Positions 46,211 to 55,457 of a DNA stretch of 64,000 nt are shown in pieces (the first letter of the stretch is position 1; every line of letters begins with the position of its first letter). The position numbers and the translations under genes are program-made. The DNA comes from an uncultured Ktedonobacterales bacterium (GTDB lineage: Bacteria; Chloroflexota; DTOL01; DAOUCN01). Below the pieces are notes generated by a model. That model was not told the origin of the DNA. It saw nothing but the letters and a program-made list of their open reading frames with translations, and did not search any database. The DNA is taken from NCBI GenBank assembly GCA_964402955.1, contig CAYOEZ010000001.1, positions 35,027-99,026 of the forward strand, given 5' to 3'.

Positions 46211-47491
46211 GTGCCGTCAGTAGACGCTGTCATGTTGGGCGCTGGCGATCGGGGATACTACTGCCAGGGCATGTACGCCATTCGCTATCCACATCGCCTG
46301 CGCTACGTCGCTGTCGCAGAGCCGGACCAGGCCCTGCGCGACCGATTTGGAGAGGTCCACGGCATCGCGCCAGGGCACCGCTACGCTTCCTGGGAGGATC
46401 TGCTCTGTGGCGGGCAACTGGCGCCTATTCTGGTAAACACGACCCCTGACCGGGCGCACATGGCATCGAGCGTGGCCGCACTGAGCGCCGGCTATCACGT
46501 GCTCCTCGAAAAGCCCATGGCTACATCGGCGGATGACTGCTTGCGCATTGTGAACGCCGCCGAGCGCGCCGGGCGCATCCTGCAAGTCTTTCATGGCATG
46601 CGCTACGCGCCGCTCTTCCGTCTTGTCCACGAGGCTATCGCAGCGGGCCGGCTGGGCCGCCTGATCAGCTATGCTCATTTCGAGAATGTTGCCTACTTCC
46701 ACATGGCCCATGCCTACGTGCGCGGCAACTGGCGGCGCTCTGACACGTCGGGACCGATGATCTTGACCAAGTGCTGCCATGATCTCGACCTGATCGTATG
46801 GTACACTGGCCAGCGCTGCCGGCGCGTCTCCTCGTTTGGATCACTACAGCACTACCGCCGTGAAAACGCCCCTCCGGGCTCTCCTGATCGGTGCACCGAC
46901 GGCTGCCCAATAGAAGAGACCTGTCCGTATTATGCTCCCCGCTTCTACCTGAGTAGTGAGGGCGTGGCGCCCAAGATGACACGGGCGATTGCCACCGATC
47001 TCAGCATAGAGGGCATTCTGAAGGCTCTGCGCGACGGCCCCTATGGGCGCTGTGTCTACCGCTGCGACAACGATGTGGTGGACAACCAGGTGGTCATGAT
47101 GGACATGGAGGACGGCACCAGCGCCAGCCTGACTATACACGGCTTCAGCTATGATGGTGGGCGAACAATCCGCATGCAGGGCACAGAGGGGACGCTGTTG
47201 ATGGAAGCTCTGCGGCGTGAGGTCGAGGTCTACGATCATCTGCGCGGCCGCTGCGATACTCTGCGTCCTGGTAAGACCACCGGAGGACATGGTGGCGGCG
47301 ATGACGGGCTAATGTCAGCTTTCCTGCACTCGGTAGAGGCAGGCCAGCAGGACGTGATGACGTCGGCGAGGGCCTCGCTGGAGAGCCATCTGATGGCTTT
47401 CGCCGCAGAAGAGTCGCGCCTGACAGGCAACTCGATTGACATGGATAGCTTCCGGCAGGCAGCCGAGCAACGAGCCGCAAGGAAGCTGTGA
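46211..47491 (+). CDS. Gfo/Idh/MocA-family oxidoreductase
   Basis: A GTG at 46211 follows a GGGGGG run. Contains VMLGAGDRGYY and EKP (LLEKPMA). The track start at 46115 overlaps the TPP gene by 68 nt. Confidence 0.8.
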   Translation: MPSVDAVMLGAGDRGYYCQGMYAIRYPHRLRYVAVAEPDQALRDRFGEVHGIAPGHRYASWEDLLCGGQLAPILVNTTPDRAHMASSVAALSAGYHVLLEKPMATSADDCLRIVNAAERAGRILQVFHGMRYAPLFRLVHEAIAAGRLGRLISYAHFENVAYFHMAHAYVRGNWRRSDTSGPMILTKCCHDLDLIVWYTGQRCRRVSSFGSLQHYRRENAPPGSPDRCTDGCPIEETCPYYAPRFYLSSEGVAPKMTRAIATDLSIEGILKALRDGPYGRCVYRCDNDVVDNQVVMMDMEDGTSASLTIHGFSYDGGRTIRMQGTEGTLLMEALRREVEVYDHLRGRCDTLRPGKTTGGHGGGDDGLMSAFLHSVEAGQQDVMTSARASLESHLMAFAAEESRLTGNSIDMDSFRQAAEQRAARKL

Positions 47492-47531
47492 TGTGGACAT
47501 CGTGCCTGCCCCGTTCAGACTTGGAGGACCG

Positions 47532-48320
47532 ATGCTGACCGAAAAGACCTTCGACACGGGCGAGGTGACAATCAGCTATGCCGAGGGACCGGCTGCTGGG
47601 CCCCCGTTGCTCCTGCTGCATGGCCTTTCCAGCCGGTGGCAGTCTTTCCTGTCGCTGATCCCCGTCCTGTCACTGCGCTGGCATGTCTTTGCCCCTGACT
47701 TGCGGGGACATGGTCTGTCGGGCCGCGCCGCCAATCGCTACACGCTGGAGGACTATGTTGGCGATACGCTGCGCTTTATGGCGCGGCATTTCGATGAGCC
47801 GCCGGCGCTCTACGGACACTCTCTGGGCGGCATGGTCGGCATCATGATCGCGGCGCGCCGGCCGCTGCGGGCGCTGGTCATCGGCGATTCTCCCCTCTAC
47901 CTGGACACGATACAGACGATGTATGGAGCAAGCCCGAAAGCGAACCCCGTCCAGCAGCTCATCCGCTCTGAACGCAACGTCGCCAGACTGAGCGCCGCTC
48001 TGCACGATCTGATGCCCAACAAGGATCAAACCTTCTACCGCTACCATGCCAAGAACCTCTCGCTGCTCGACGCCGGTGTGCTCACCCCTTTGTTGACAAT
48101 CCTGGATGGATACGATTGTGCCACGCTGTTGCCCAAGATCCGTTGTCCGGCGCTCATTCTGCGGGCCGACCACATCACACAAGAGGACGCACAGCGCGCG
48201 CAGGCGCAACTGGCTGATGCGACCGTTATCAGCTTCGAGGGGCTGGGGCATGAGCTGCAGAATGATGGGCAAGGGTATGCCGTTACACTGGCTGTCGCCA
48301 AGTTCCTGGAGTCACTCTGA
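47532..48320 (+). CDS. alpha/beta hydrolase
   Basis: The ATG at 47532 follows GGAGGA. Contains PLLLLHGLSSRW and the nucleophile elbow GHSLGG. Confidence 0.85.
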   Translation: MLTEKTFDTGEVTISYAEGPAAGPPLLLLHGLSSRWQSFLSLIPVLSLRWHVFAPDLRGHGLSGRAANRYTLEDYVGDTLRFMARHFDEPPALYGHSLGGMVGIMIAARRPLRALVIGDSPLYLDTIQTMYGASPKANPVQQLIRSERNVARLSAALHDLMPNKDQTFYRYHAKNLSLLDAGVLTPLLTILDGYDCATLLPKIRCPALILRADHITQEDAQRAQAQLADATVISFEGLGHELQNDGQGYAVTLAVAKFLESL

Positions 48321-48358
48321 GCGACTCGGAGACAATGATAGTGACAAGGAGCTATACT

Positions 48359-50959
48359 ATGACAACCTGCGACTTCCCTGGAGACCTGACCCACGTTGAC
48401 TATGCGGCGTTCTTGTCTCAGCACGATGTCGTCTATCAGTCGCCGGTGGCAGACGGCATAGATGGCCTGCCGGTGGGCAACGGCGACCTGGGCGCCATGA
48501 TCTGGACGCCGCCCGATCGTCTGCACCTGGCCATCAACAAGGTGGATCTCTTCGATGACGGGCCTGACGGGCCGTTCAGCAGTTGGGGCGACGACGTAGA
48601 AGAGTCGAATACGACACAGCGAGCGGCCGGCACGCTTGCCATCAGCAACGGATTGCCTGCCTATGATCGTCTCTACCTGACAGATTTCGAAGGCCGGCTG
48701 CGCCTGGCTGAGGCCGAGGTCGACATCAGATCGGTCACCCCCTTTGCCCGAGCAAAAACCGAGATTCTCGCCTCGGAAGACGCCGGCGTCTTGGTCGTGC
48801 ACTACGAGGATGAGACGGAGGAGGCGCTGCCGCGGCGTATCGAGCTGGCTCGCTGGGGCAGCCGCAGCTTTCCTCACTGGTACAACAAGGTAAAGCGAGA
48901 GATCACGCGCCCGCTGCAGGGGACGGATTGCGGCAGCGACGGTCGCCATGTCTGGATCACGCAACAACTGCGTGCGCTCCACTTTGCCGTGGTTGCCCTC
49001 GTTGACGGGCCTGCTGCCCCGCGCCGCCTGCACAGCCGGGCTGGCGTCTTCGAGAGCCCGCCGGTGACATCCTTCGCCGCAACCGTCTATCTGGCAGTTG
49101 TCAACAGCGAGGAGGCCGGCGACCCTCTGGCCACAGCCATCCAGCGCGTCGATGCGGCAGCACAGATGGGTCGTCAGCCCTTGGTCGCTGCACACCGGCA
49201 GTCCTGGCAGCGCTTTTGGCAGACCTCGTTCGTCGATCTGCCGCCTGAGCAGGACTACCTGGAGAATCTCTGGTATCTCAACAGCTACCAGGTCGCATCA
49301 GCGTCAAAAGGGCGCTATCCGCTCAACCACATCGATGCTATCTATAGTTGGAATCGTGATGTGCGGCCCTGGGCCCACTACTATCACTGGAATGACCAGA
49401 TCCACATCTGGCCGCTGCACGCTATTGGCCACGGTGAACTGGCCATGCCCTACTATCGCTACCGGCGTTCCATGCTCGAGCACGCGATGGAGGACGCCCA
49501 GCGGGTTCACGGCGTGGATGGCGCATTCTACACCGACGTGGCCAATCGCAAAGGCTACCAGGCTGCGTCCGAAGGGATTCTGTGCCGCAACCTGACGCCT
49601 GGCCCCCAGATAGCAGCCGATTTCTGGCGGCACTGGCAGTACACGCGCGACCTCGACTTCCTGAAAGAGCATGCTTATCCCGTCATCCGCGAGGTAGCGC
49701 GCTTCTACGCCGCTTTCGTGCAAAAAAGCGAGGATGGGCGCTATACCTTCGTCATGACACAGCCATACGAAGGCGTTCTGTGGCTGCGTGATACGCTCAC
49801 TGACCTTGCCCATGCGCGCCAGATCTTCCACATCTTCCTGGAGGCGAGCGCCATTCTCGACGCCGACCACGATCTGGCACAGCGCTGCCGCGAGGTGATG
49901 GACAATCTGGCGGACTACGTGACAGTGCAGGTCTCGGCAGAGTATTCTGTCCCGTGTCCGCCGGACGGCAAGGCGGACTGGCCCGACAGCCATCCCGTGC
50001 AGTTCAAAGATGTGCGGCCAGGCGATCCCACCATGCCCATCTGGTTCCTGGGCTATAAGGTGCACAGCGAAGCCTCAGCCCACGGCCAGGAGGTGCCGGA
50101 TGGCACGCCGATACACGAGGGTATGCGCAACCCGGTGACGCACTTGTGGATCTTCACATCCACCAATATGGCGCCGATCTTTCCCGCCAATCAGGTGGGG
50201 CTAGACCAGGCCAGCACACCCGCATTCCAGGCTGCGCTGAACACGGTGAGGGCTTTTGGCTACGAGGGCGCCAGCTTCAGCCTGTACCTGGTTGGCAAGG
50301 CGCGACTTGGAATGGCCACTGAGCTACAAGACGCCCTTGGCCAGTTTGCCCAGCGCTTCCAGGTCTTTCCCAACGGCTTTTTCCATTACTTCCCCAGGGG
50401 CAATGCGCAGTTTGCTGACGGCAACCCGCGCCAGCCGCGCCAGGTGCGCGTTGCGGGGACGCAAGGAGAGAATATCTGGTGGCCGGTGGCCCAGTCCAAC
50501 CATATGAGCATCGAGGGCGGTCCCATGCTCCAGCTTGCCATCAACGAGATGCTCCTGCAGAGCTATTCGGGAACCATACGGGTCTTTCCTGCCGTTCCGC
50601 CTGCGTGGGAAGGTCAGTTCCGCCTACATGCGGTCGGCCGCTTCGTGGTCAGCGCGGCACGCATGGGAGGTGAGACTACCTACGTTGTTCTCGAAAGTAT
50701 GGGGGGCGAGGCTTGCCGGATGGCCAACCCCTGGCCCGGACGCACCATCACTCTCTACGGGCAAGAGCGCGCTTGGCGGCCTGTAGCAGAGCTTTCGGGC
50801 GACATGCTCGCGTTCCCGACCGCCGCAGGAGCACTGTACCTGCTGCTGCCAGCGGGCAAGACTCCTGCTTACCTCAATACGGTCAACAGCAGCGGGCAGC
50901 CCAACCAGCAGGCCAAGACCCTGGGCATAGCCCGCCTGGGCCTGCCCAAAGGATTCTAA
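48359..50959 (+). CDS. six-hairpin glycosidase-like protein (GH95/DUF5703-like N-terminus)
   Basis: The ATG at 48359 lies 7 nt after AAGGAG. The N-terminal GLPVGNGDLGAMIWTPPDRLHLAINKVDLFD matches the GNG motif of the GH95-type N-terminal domain. Total length is 866 aa. Confidence 0.65.
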   Translation: MTTCDFPGDLTHVDYAAFLSQHDVVYQSPVADGIDGLPVGNGDLGAMIWTPPDRLHLAINKVDLFDDGPDGPFSSWGDDVEESNTTQRAAGTLAISNGLPAYDRLYLTDFEGRLRLAEAEVDIRSVTPFARAKTEILASEDAGVLVVHYEDETEEALPRRIELARWGSRSFPHWYNKVKREITRPLQGTDCGSDGRHVWITQQLRALHFAVVALVDGPAAPRRLHSRAGVFESPPVTSFAATVYLAVVNSEEAGDPLATAIQRVDAAAQMGRQPLVAAHRQSWQRFWQTSFVDLPPEQDYLENLWYLNSYQVASASKGRYPLNHIDAIYSWNRDVRPWAHYYHWNDQIHIWPLHAIGHGELAMPYYRYRRSMLEHAMEDAQRVHGVDGAFYTDVANRKGYQAASEGILCRNLTPGPQIAADFWRHWQYTRDLDFLKEHAYPVIREVARFYAAFVQKSEDGRYTFVMTQPYEGVLWLRDTLTDLAHARQIFHIFLEASAILDADHDLAQRCREVMDNLADYVTVQVSAEYSVPCPPDGKADWPDSHPVQFKDVRPGDPTMPIWFLGYKVHSEASAHGQEVPDGTPIHEGMRNPVTHLWIFTSTNMAPIFPANQVGLDQASTPAFQAALNTVRAFGYEGASFSLYLVGKARLGMATELQDALGQFAQRFQVFPNGFFHYFPRGNAQFADGNPRQPRQVRVAGTQGENIWWPVAQSNHMSIEGGPMLQLAINEMLLQSYSGTIRVFPAVPPAWEGQFRLHAVGRFVVSAARMGGETTYVVLESMGGEACRMANPWPGRTITLYGQERAWRPVAELSGDMLAFPTAAGALYLLLPAGKTPAYLNTVNSSGQPNQQAKTLGIARLGLPKGF

Positions 50960-50971
50960 AGAGGAGGTCAT

Positions 50972-51433
50972 ATGGCGCCCAAGATTCTCGGCTATCATGA
51001 GATCGCGCTTGTCGTGCAGGACCTGGAGCGGTCGGAACAGTTCTATCACGACGTTTTGGGTATGCGCGTGCTCTTTCGCATCCCTGGCAAGAACGTCACC
51101 GTGAGCTTGGATGGGAACGCACACACGCTGTTGGGCCTGTGGTTGCCTGGCGCCCACAATACGGCGGCCGGCCAGGGCGGTAAGATCCATTTCACGATGG
51201 CCATTGACCCGGCCGACGGCGACGCCTGGTACAATCACCTGCTGGAGCAGGACGTCGCGGTGCGCAAGCGCGTCAAGGTGACCGGCGATGTACACCTGGA
51301 CTTCGATGACCCCGATGGCCATCCGCTCGAGTTCTGGGGGAGGACGGGTGAGAAGCTGGCCACGATGCCCGATGCGGTGATCCCCGCCGAGAGCCGCGAC
51401 TTGTTCTTCTTCCCGGACGAAAAAACGAGCTAA
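50972..51433 (+). CDS. VOC-family (glyoxalase/bleomycin resistance/dioxygenase) protein
   Basis: 153 aa. Contains LGYHEIALVVQDLERSEQFYHDVLGM and DPDGHPLEF. Confidence 0.85.
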   Translation: MAPKILGYHEIALVVQDLERSEQFYHDVLGMRVLFRIPGKNVTVSLDGNAHTLLGLWLPGAHNTAAGQGGKIHFTMAIDPADGDAWYNHLLEQDVAVRKRVKVTGDVHLDFDDPDGHPLEFWGRTGEKLATMPDAVIPAESRDLFFFPDEKTS

Positions 51434-51468
51434 GATCGTGAATAGCATGTCAGAGGAGCATAGGCCAC

Positions 51469-53082
51469 ATGACACATGACAGCGCTATGCCCATGCGGGG
51501 CGTCAATTTCTGGCCGCACATCAGAAATTGGTACGAGGTCCATTCCCTGGAGGATAACCAGCGACTGCTGGAAGACATAGTTGGCATGGGCTTCAACGAT
51601 TTCTGCACCTGCTTCGAGCGCGAGCTGCTCAGGAACTACCTCGATGAGCGGACTGCAGATGACTATGGCCAACGGTTGTGGCACACGCTCAAGGAACTGG
51701 GGCGCATGGCCCATACTCTGGGCCTCAAGGTCACCATCATTGACGCGCTCAACACCGTATTCACTGATCAGTGCAGCGATCCAGCGTTGGCCGATCTGCA
51801 GGCGGAGAAGCCGCCCACCTGGCCGCGCGGTTGGCAGAAGAAGGACTATCTGTTCTGCCCATCCAAACCCCGCGCCCGCGAGATCATCTTGAGGAACCAT
51901 GAGCTGGCGTATAAAGACTATCCGGTAATTGACGCGCTGCTCCTGTGGGCGTACGATCCGAGTGGTTGTGGCTGTGCGGCCTGCCATCCCTGGCCCAAGA
52001 CGGCTTTCGAGCTGGGACGCGAGCTGGCTGCCAGGCTGAGGGTCTATCACCCCCAGGCGGCTGTCTACCTCTCGGCCTGGGACATGAGCGACGAGGAAGT
52101 GGGTGTTCTCATCGATCTGCTGAACCAGGATTCGTCAGGGACTTTCCAGGGGGTTGTGGACAAGGAATGGCAGTTCTTGGACCTACAGGCCGGCGGCGTG
52201 CCGCTTGAGCGATGGGCCAGGCTGGATGCGCGCTATGTGAAGATGCCGTACATAGACCTGTGCCAGATCGGCGCCTGGGGATGGCACTGCTTCACTGCCA
52301 ACCCGTACCCGACCAGGTTTGAAGCGCTATTTCAGGCGATGCGCCGGGCAGGCATCGTGCACTACTCTGCCTATTCCGAGGACATCCACGACGACATCAA
52401 CAAGTACCTGATTGCCAGGCTGGGCACGAGCTCCGAGAAGAGTGCACGCCAGTTGATCAGGGAATACTGCATGCGCTACTTCCAGGCAGCAGTGGGCGAC
52501 GACGTCTACGAAGCCGCCTGTCTCATGGAGGAGGAGTACACCAACAAGCTCGGATCGCCGTGGGTGCAGCAACCGGTGATGAGCCTTGACACGGCGCGCA
52601 AGATGCACGCCATCCTCAAGGATGTCGAGACGCGTCTGCCCGGCTATGTCATACGATCGTGGCGCTGGCAGGTCCTCATCTCGCGGGCCGAGTTGTCGCT
52701 GCTGATCAACGCGATCGGCGACCTCGAGCAGACGAAAGCGGACATTACCGCTCTGTTCCGCCGCGTGCTGGACGCCAAGAGCGCCGAAGAGGCCCACGAT
52801 CAACTGCAGAAGGCGAGCGTGCTCATCGGCAAGAAGCAACACCTGCTCGCACAGATCAGGACAACTGTTGATGCCTTCAGGAGCGATGTGCTCCAGGAAC
52901 CATACACGCGGACCATTCGAGTGTACAGCGCCCTGCCGTCGTACTACGCCTGGCAGAAGATGCTTATCGAGATGGACGAGACGGCTGGGCTGGCGACCCG
53001 CATTTTCCTGAACAGCATGCAGGATGTGATCAGGGAACGGCTGCACCTGGCTGGAGAGGCTGTGTCTCCTGCAGGGGACTAG
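51469..53082 (+). CDS. hypothetical protein (537 aa), no family recognised
   Basis: Long ORF with codon usage like its neighbours. The N-terminal half could be a TIM-barrel hydrolase-like fold (GVNFW...GFNDF...LWAYDPSGCGC) and the C-terminal third is helical. This is a guess only. Confidence 0.65.
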   Translation: MTHDSAMPMRGVNFWPHIRNWYEVHSLEDNQRLLEDIVGMGFNDFCTCFERELLRNYLDERTADDYGQRLWHTLKELGRMAHTLGLKVTIIDALNTVFTDQCSDPALADLQAEKPPTWPRGWQKKDYLFCPSKPRAREIILRNHELAYKDYPVIDALLLWAYDPSGCGCAACHPWPKTAFELGRELAARLRVYHPQAAVYLSAWDMSDEEVGVLIDLLNQDSSGTFQGVVDKEWQFLDLQAGGVPLERWARLDARYVKMPYIDLCQIGAWGWHCFTANPYPTRFEALFQAMRRAGIVHYSAYSEDIHDDINKYLIARLGTSSEKSARQLIREYCMRYFQAAVGDDVYEAACLMEEEYTNKLGSPWVQQPVMSLDTARKMHAILKDVETRLPGYVIRSWRWQVLISRAELSLLINAIGDLEQTKADITALFRRVLDAKSAEEAHDQLQKASVLIGKKQHLLAQIRTTVDAFRSDVLQEPYTRTIRVYSALPSYYAWQKMLIEMDETAGLATRIFLNSMQDVIRERLHLAGEAVSPAGD

Positions 53083-53157
53083 CGTTTCCGGCCAGGACGT
53101 GCACACAGAGAGCAGTGATGGCCGCCATCTGATCGGCAGCGACATGCACATATCATG

Positions 53158-53867
53158 CTAATGCTGGGCCACAAAGGCTAGGACGCGCGATTCAAAAGCG
53201 TCCCCATCCAGCCGGGGTATACCATGAGCGGCGTTGGGAATCAGCCACAGTGCGGCCCCTGGAATGGCGCGGGCAATCCCCTCGGCATGGTCAGGGCCAA
53301 CGAACTCATCGTGCATGCCCTGCGTAACCAGGGTTGGGCAGTGAATGCGGCCCAGGTCAGGCCGTACAGCGAGATCGGCGCCGGCCAGCCAGCGGTTGAA
53401 CCAGGCGATGGCGCGCTTGTAGTTGCGCGAGCCCATGCGCTCCTCATGCTCGCGCAGGCTGACCATGTGCGCATATATGCCGCGCAGCATGGATTCTTCA
53501 ACATGGGAGTGAGCGGCCCACAAGACAAGCAAGCGAACACGCTCCGGTCCCTCTATTGCCATCAGCAGGGCAACCGAGCCGCCATCGCTTGACCCCAGGA
53601 CGTGGGCAGGCTCAATACCAAGAGCTTCCAGGACCGCGATCTGATCCAGGGCATCCTGGCGCAGGAAGTCCGGCGCGAAGTCCGGCCGGTCGCTGGAGCG
53701 GCCGTAACCGTACCGATCGGTGGCTATGACCCGCTAGTGTGGGGCGTAGACAGGCATGGCGCTGGCCCAATCGGCGGCGGATCCGCCGCCATGAAGCAGC
53801 AACGAAACGTCGCCCTGCCTTGTTCCTCGTAGTACATGTCATAGTCACGTATATGCACAAATGGCAT
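53158..53867 (-). pseudogene. alpha/beta hydrolase pseudogene (paralog of 30173-30898)
   Basis: Begins MPFVHIRDYDMYYEEQG (compare MPFVRVHDYDMYYEDQG in the intact paralog) after AAGGAG. There is a frameshift near 53811-53820 and an in-frame TAG at 53734-53736 (APH-stop-RVIATDRYGYGRS). The GSSDGG elbow is retained. Confidence 0.8.
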
Positions 53868-54250
53868 GAAGGAACTCCTTCCAGCGTATCCGCGGCGCTT
53901 CAGTCACGTGTTGGGCTGCCTTCTCTCTGACCCGACGCGCCAGGGCGCGCTAACGCAGCCCAACCCGGTCGGTGTTAGAGAACGCCTGGCCACACTCAAG
54001 TTCCCGAGTGGGGACTTCCCGTTGCTGACTCGCTTACAGCGCGCCGCGCGGCGTCGGGCAGCCTCACCAGGTTGAGTGTCTTGCAGGTCAAGTATAGCAC
54101 AAACGGCGACCCTATAGGGTCGCCAACAGGGGAGCGCCACCGATTTGGGGCATGCTCATAACTCAGGAAGATGGTCTGACACACGGCCAGTGGATTCAGC
54201 GACGCAGACAGTGGATGACTCGTCGGCATGGACCTGCTGTGTCCTCAACG

Positions 54251-54422
54251 TGTCATGTGCCCACTGCAAAAAGGTCATCAGACTTCGCCTGGTGGGGAGA
54301 CGGCATCAAAACGACGTGCCTTGGATGCCATTTCGGCCCTAATGAGGCTATTTCGGGTCACTAAATGGGGCAAATGCTCAGTTCGATCGACCATTTGACC
54401 TTCTTGCAGTGGGCACGTGTCA
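54251..54422. repeat. 172-bp inverted-repeat (MITE-like) element
   Basis: Arms tgtcatgtgcccactgcaaaaaggtca (54251-54277) and tgaccttcttgcagtgggcacgtgtca (54396-54422) are complementary at 24 of 27 positions. The element lies in non-coding DNA. Confidence 0.5.
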
Positions 54423-54539
54423 TTGGCATGAGCCCTTGCTGGATGTATACTGCCGGACGAGTTGCCGGCTACCCTGCCGCTGATGGTCTTCAACTCTGAC
54501 ATCTAAAAAAAGGCGGGGACGCAAAGAGGTAGACAAGCC

Positions 54540-55440
54540 ATGTCTAGCCAGTTACGCCGCCTGGTGCAGCCTGAGGATCTCCTTGCTATTAAGACCGTTT
54601 CTGACGTCCAGATCTCCCCCAATGGCCGGCGCCTGGCCTATGTGCTTTCCGAAGTCGACACACAGAAAGACAACTACCATACCACCATCTGGGTTGTGCC
54701 GTCGGACGGCAGCGATCCGGTGCAGTTCACGCGCGGGCCCAAACACGATCTGGCGCCTCGCTGGTCGCCTGACGGTTCGGTCCTGGCCTTTCTGTCTGAC
54801 CGGGACGGCGACGCTCCGCAATTGTACCTTCTGCCCGCATACGGAGGCGAGGGCCATAAGATAACGTCTTTGACCCTGGGCGCTGGCCCAGCCGTCTGGT
54901 CCCCCGATGGACAGAAGATCCTCTTCGCTGCTTCGGTCTTTACCGAATCTCCTCCCACCGACAAAGATGCCCGGGCGCGCTGGAATCTCCGCCCGCGTCA
55001 GGTGACCCGCGCCCACTACAAGGACGATGGGCGCGGCTACACGCTTGACAAAGGGACACACCTGTTCATCGTGGCAGCCGGGGCGGTGAGGCACAACAGG
55101 TGACAGATGGTGACGCCAACGATGCAGCACCCGCCTGGTCTGCAGACGGTAGTCGTGTCGCCTTCAGTCGCACTCGCTCCGGCATAGCGGACTACAACCT
55201 GTCGGACATCTGGGTTGCTGGTGCTGACGGGAGCAACGCCCGCCAGATCACCAGCGAGACCGGGCGCGCCATTTTCCCCAGTTGGTCGCCGGACGGCTCT
55301 GCACTGGCATGTTTCGGCACCGACGAGCAGGAACCAGAAATTGGCGATCCACACCGAGAGTCTGGATAGCGCCCGTGGACAGGGGTACGCCTCACTGTGT
55401 GACAGCGAACTACGACAGGGCTGCCCTCGCCTGGGCCGGC
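54540..55440 (+). pseudogene. peptidase S9-type beta-propeller (TolB/DPP-like) pseudogene; catalytic domain missing
   Basis: Repeated propeller motifs are present (ISPNGRRLAYV, RWSPDGSVLAF, VWSPDGQKILF, AWSADGSRVAF, SWSPDGSALAC). The reading frame switches near 55075-55090 (G-run) and again near 55340-55360. No alpha/beta hydrolase domain follows. Confidence 0.7.
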
Positions 55441-55457
55441 CTGCACCCGATTTTCCC

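Noticed and set aside
54105-54124. Perfect hairpin GGCGACCC-TATA-GGGTCGCC, considered as a terminator or small RNA
   Set aside because: It is isolated in the gene-free decay zone. No U tract follows on the plus strand and only a weak one on the minus strand. There is no adjacent intact gene to terminate.
53868-54539. 670-nt gene-free stretch screened for tRNA, tmRNA or riboswitch features (other intergenic regions were screened as well)
   Set aside because: No T-loop (GGTTCGAAT-like) with acceptor pairing and no conserved riboswitch boxes were recognisable by eye. A covariance-model scan would be needed to exclude ncRNAs.
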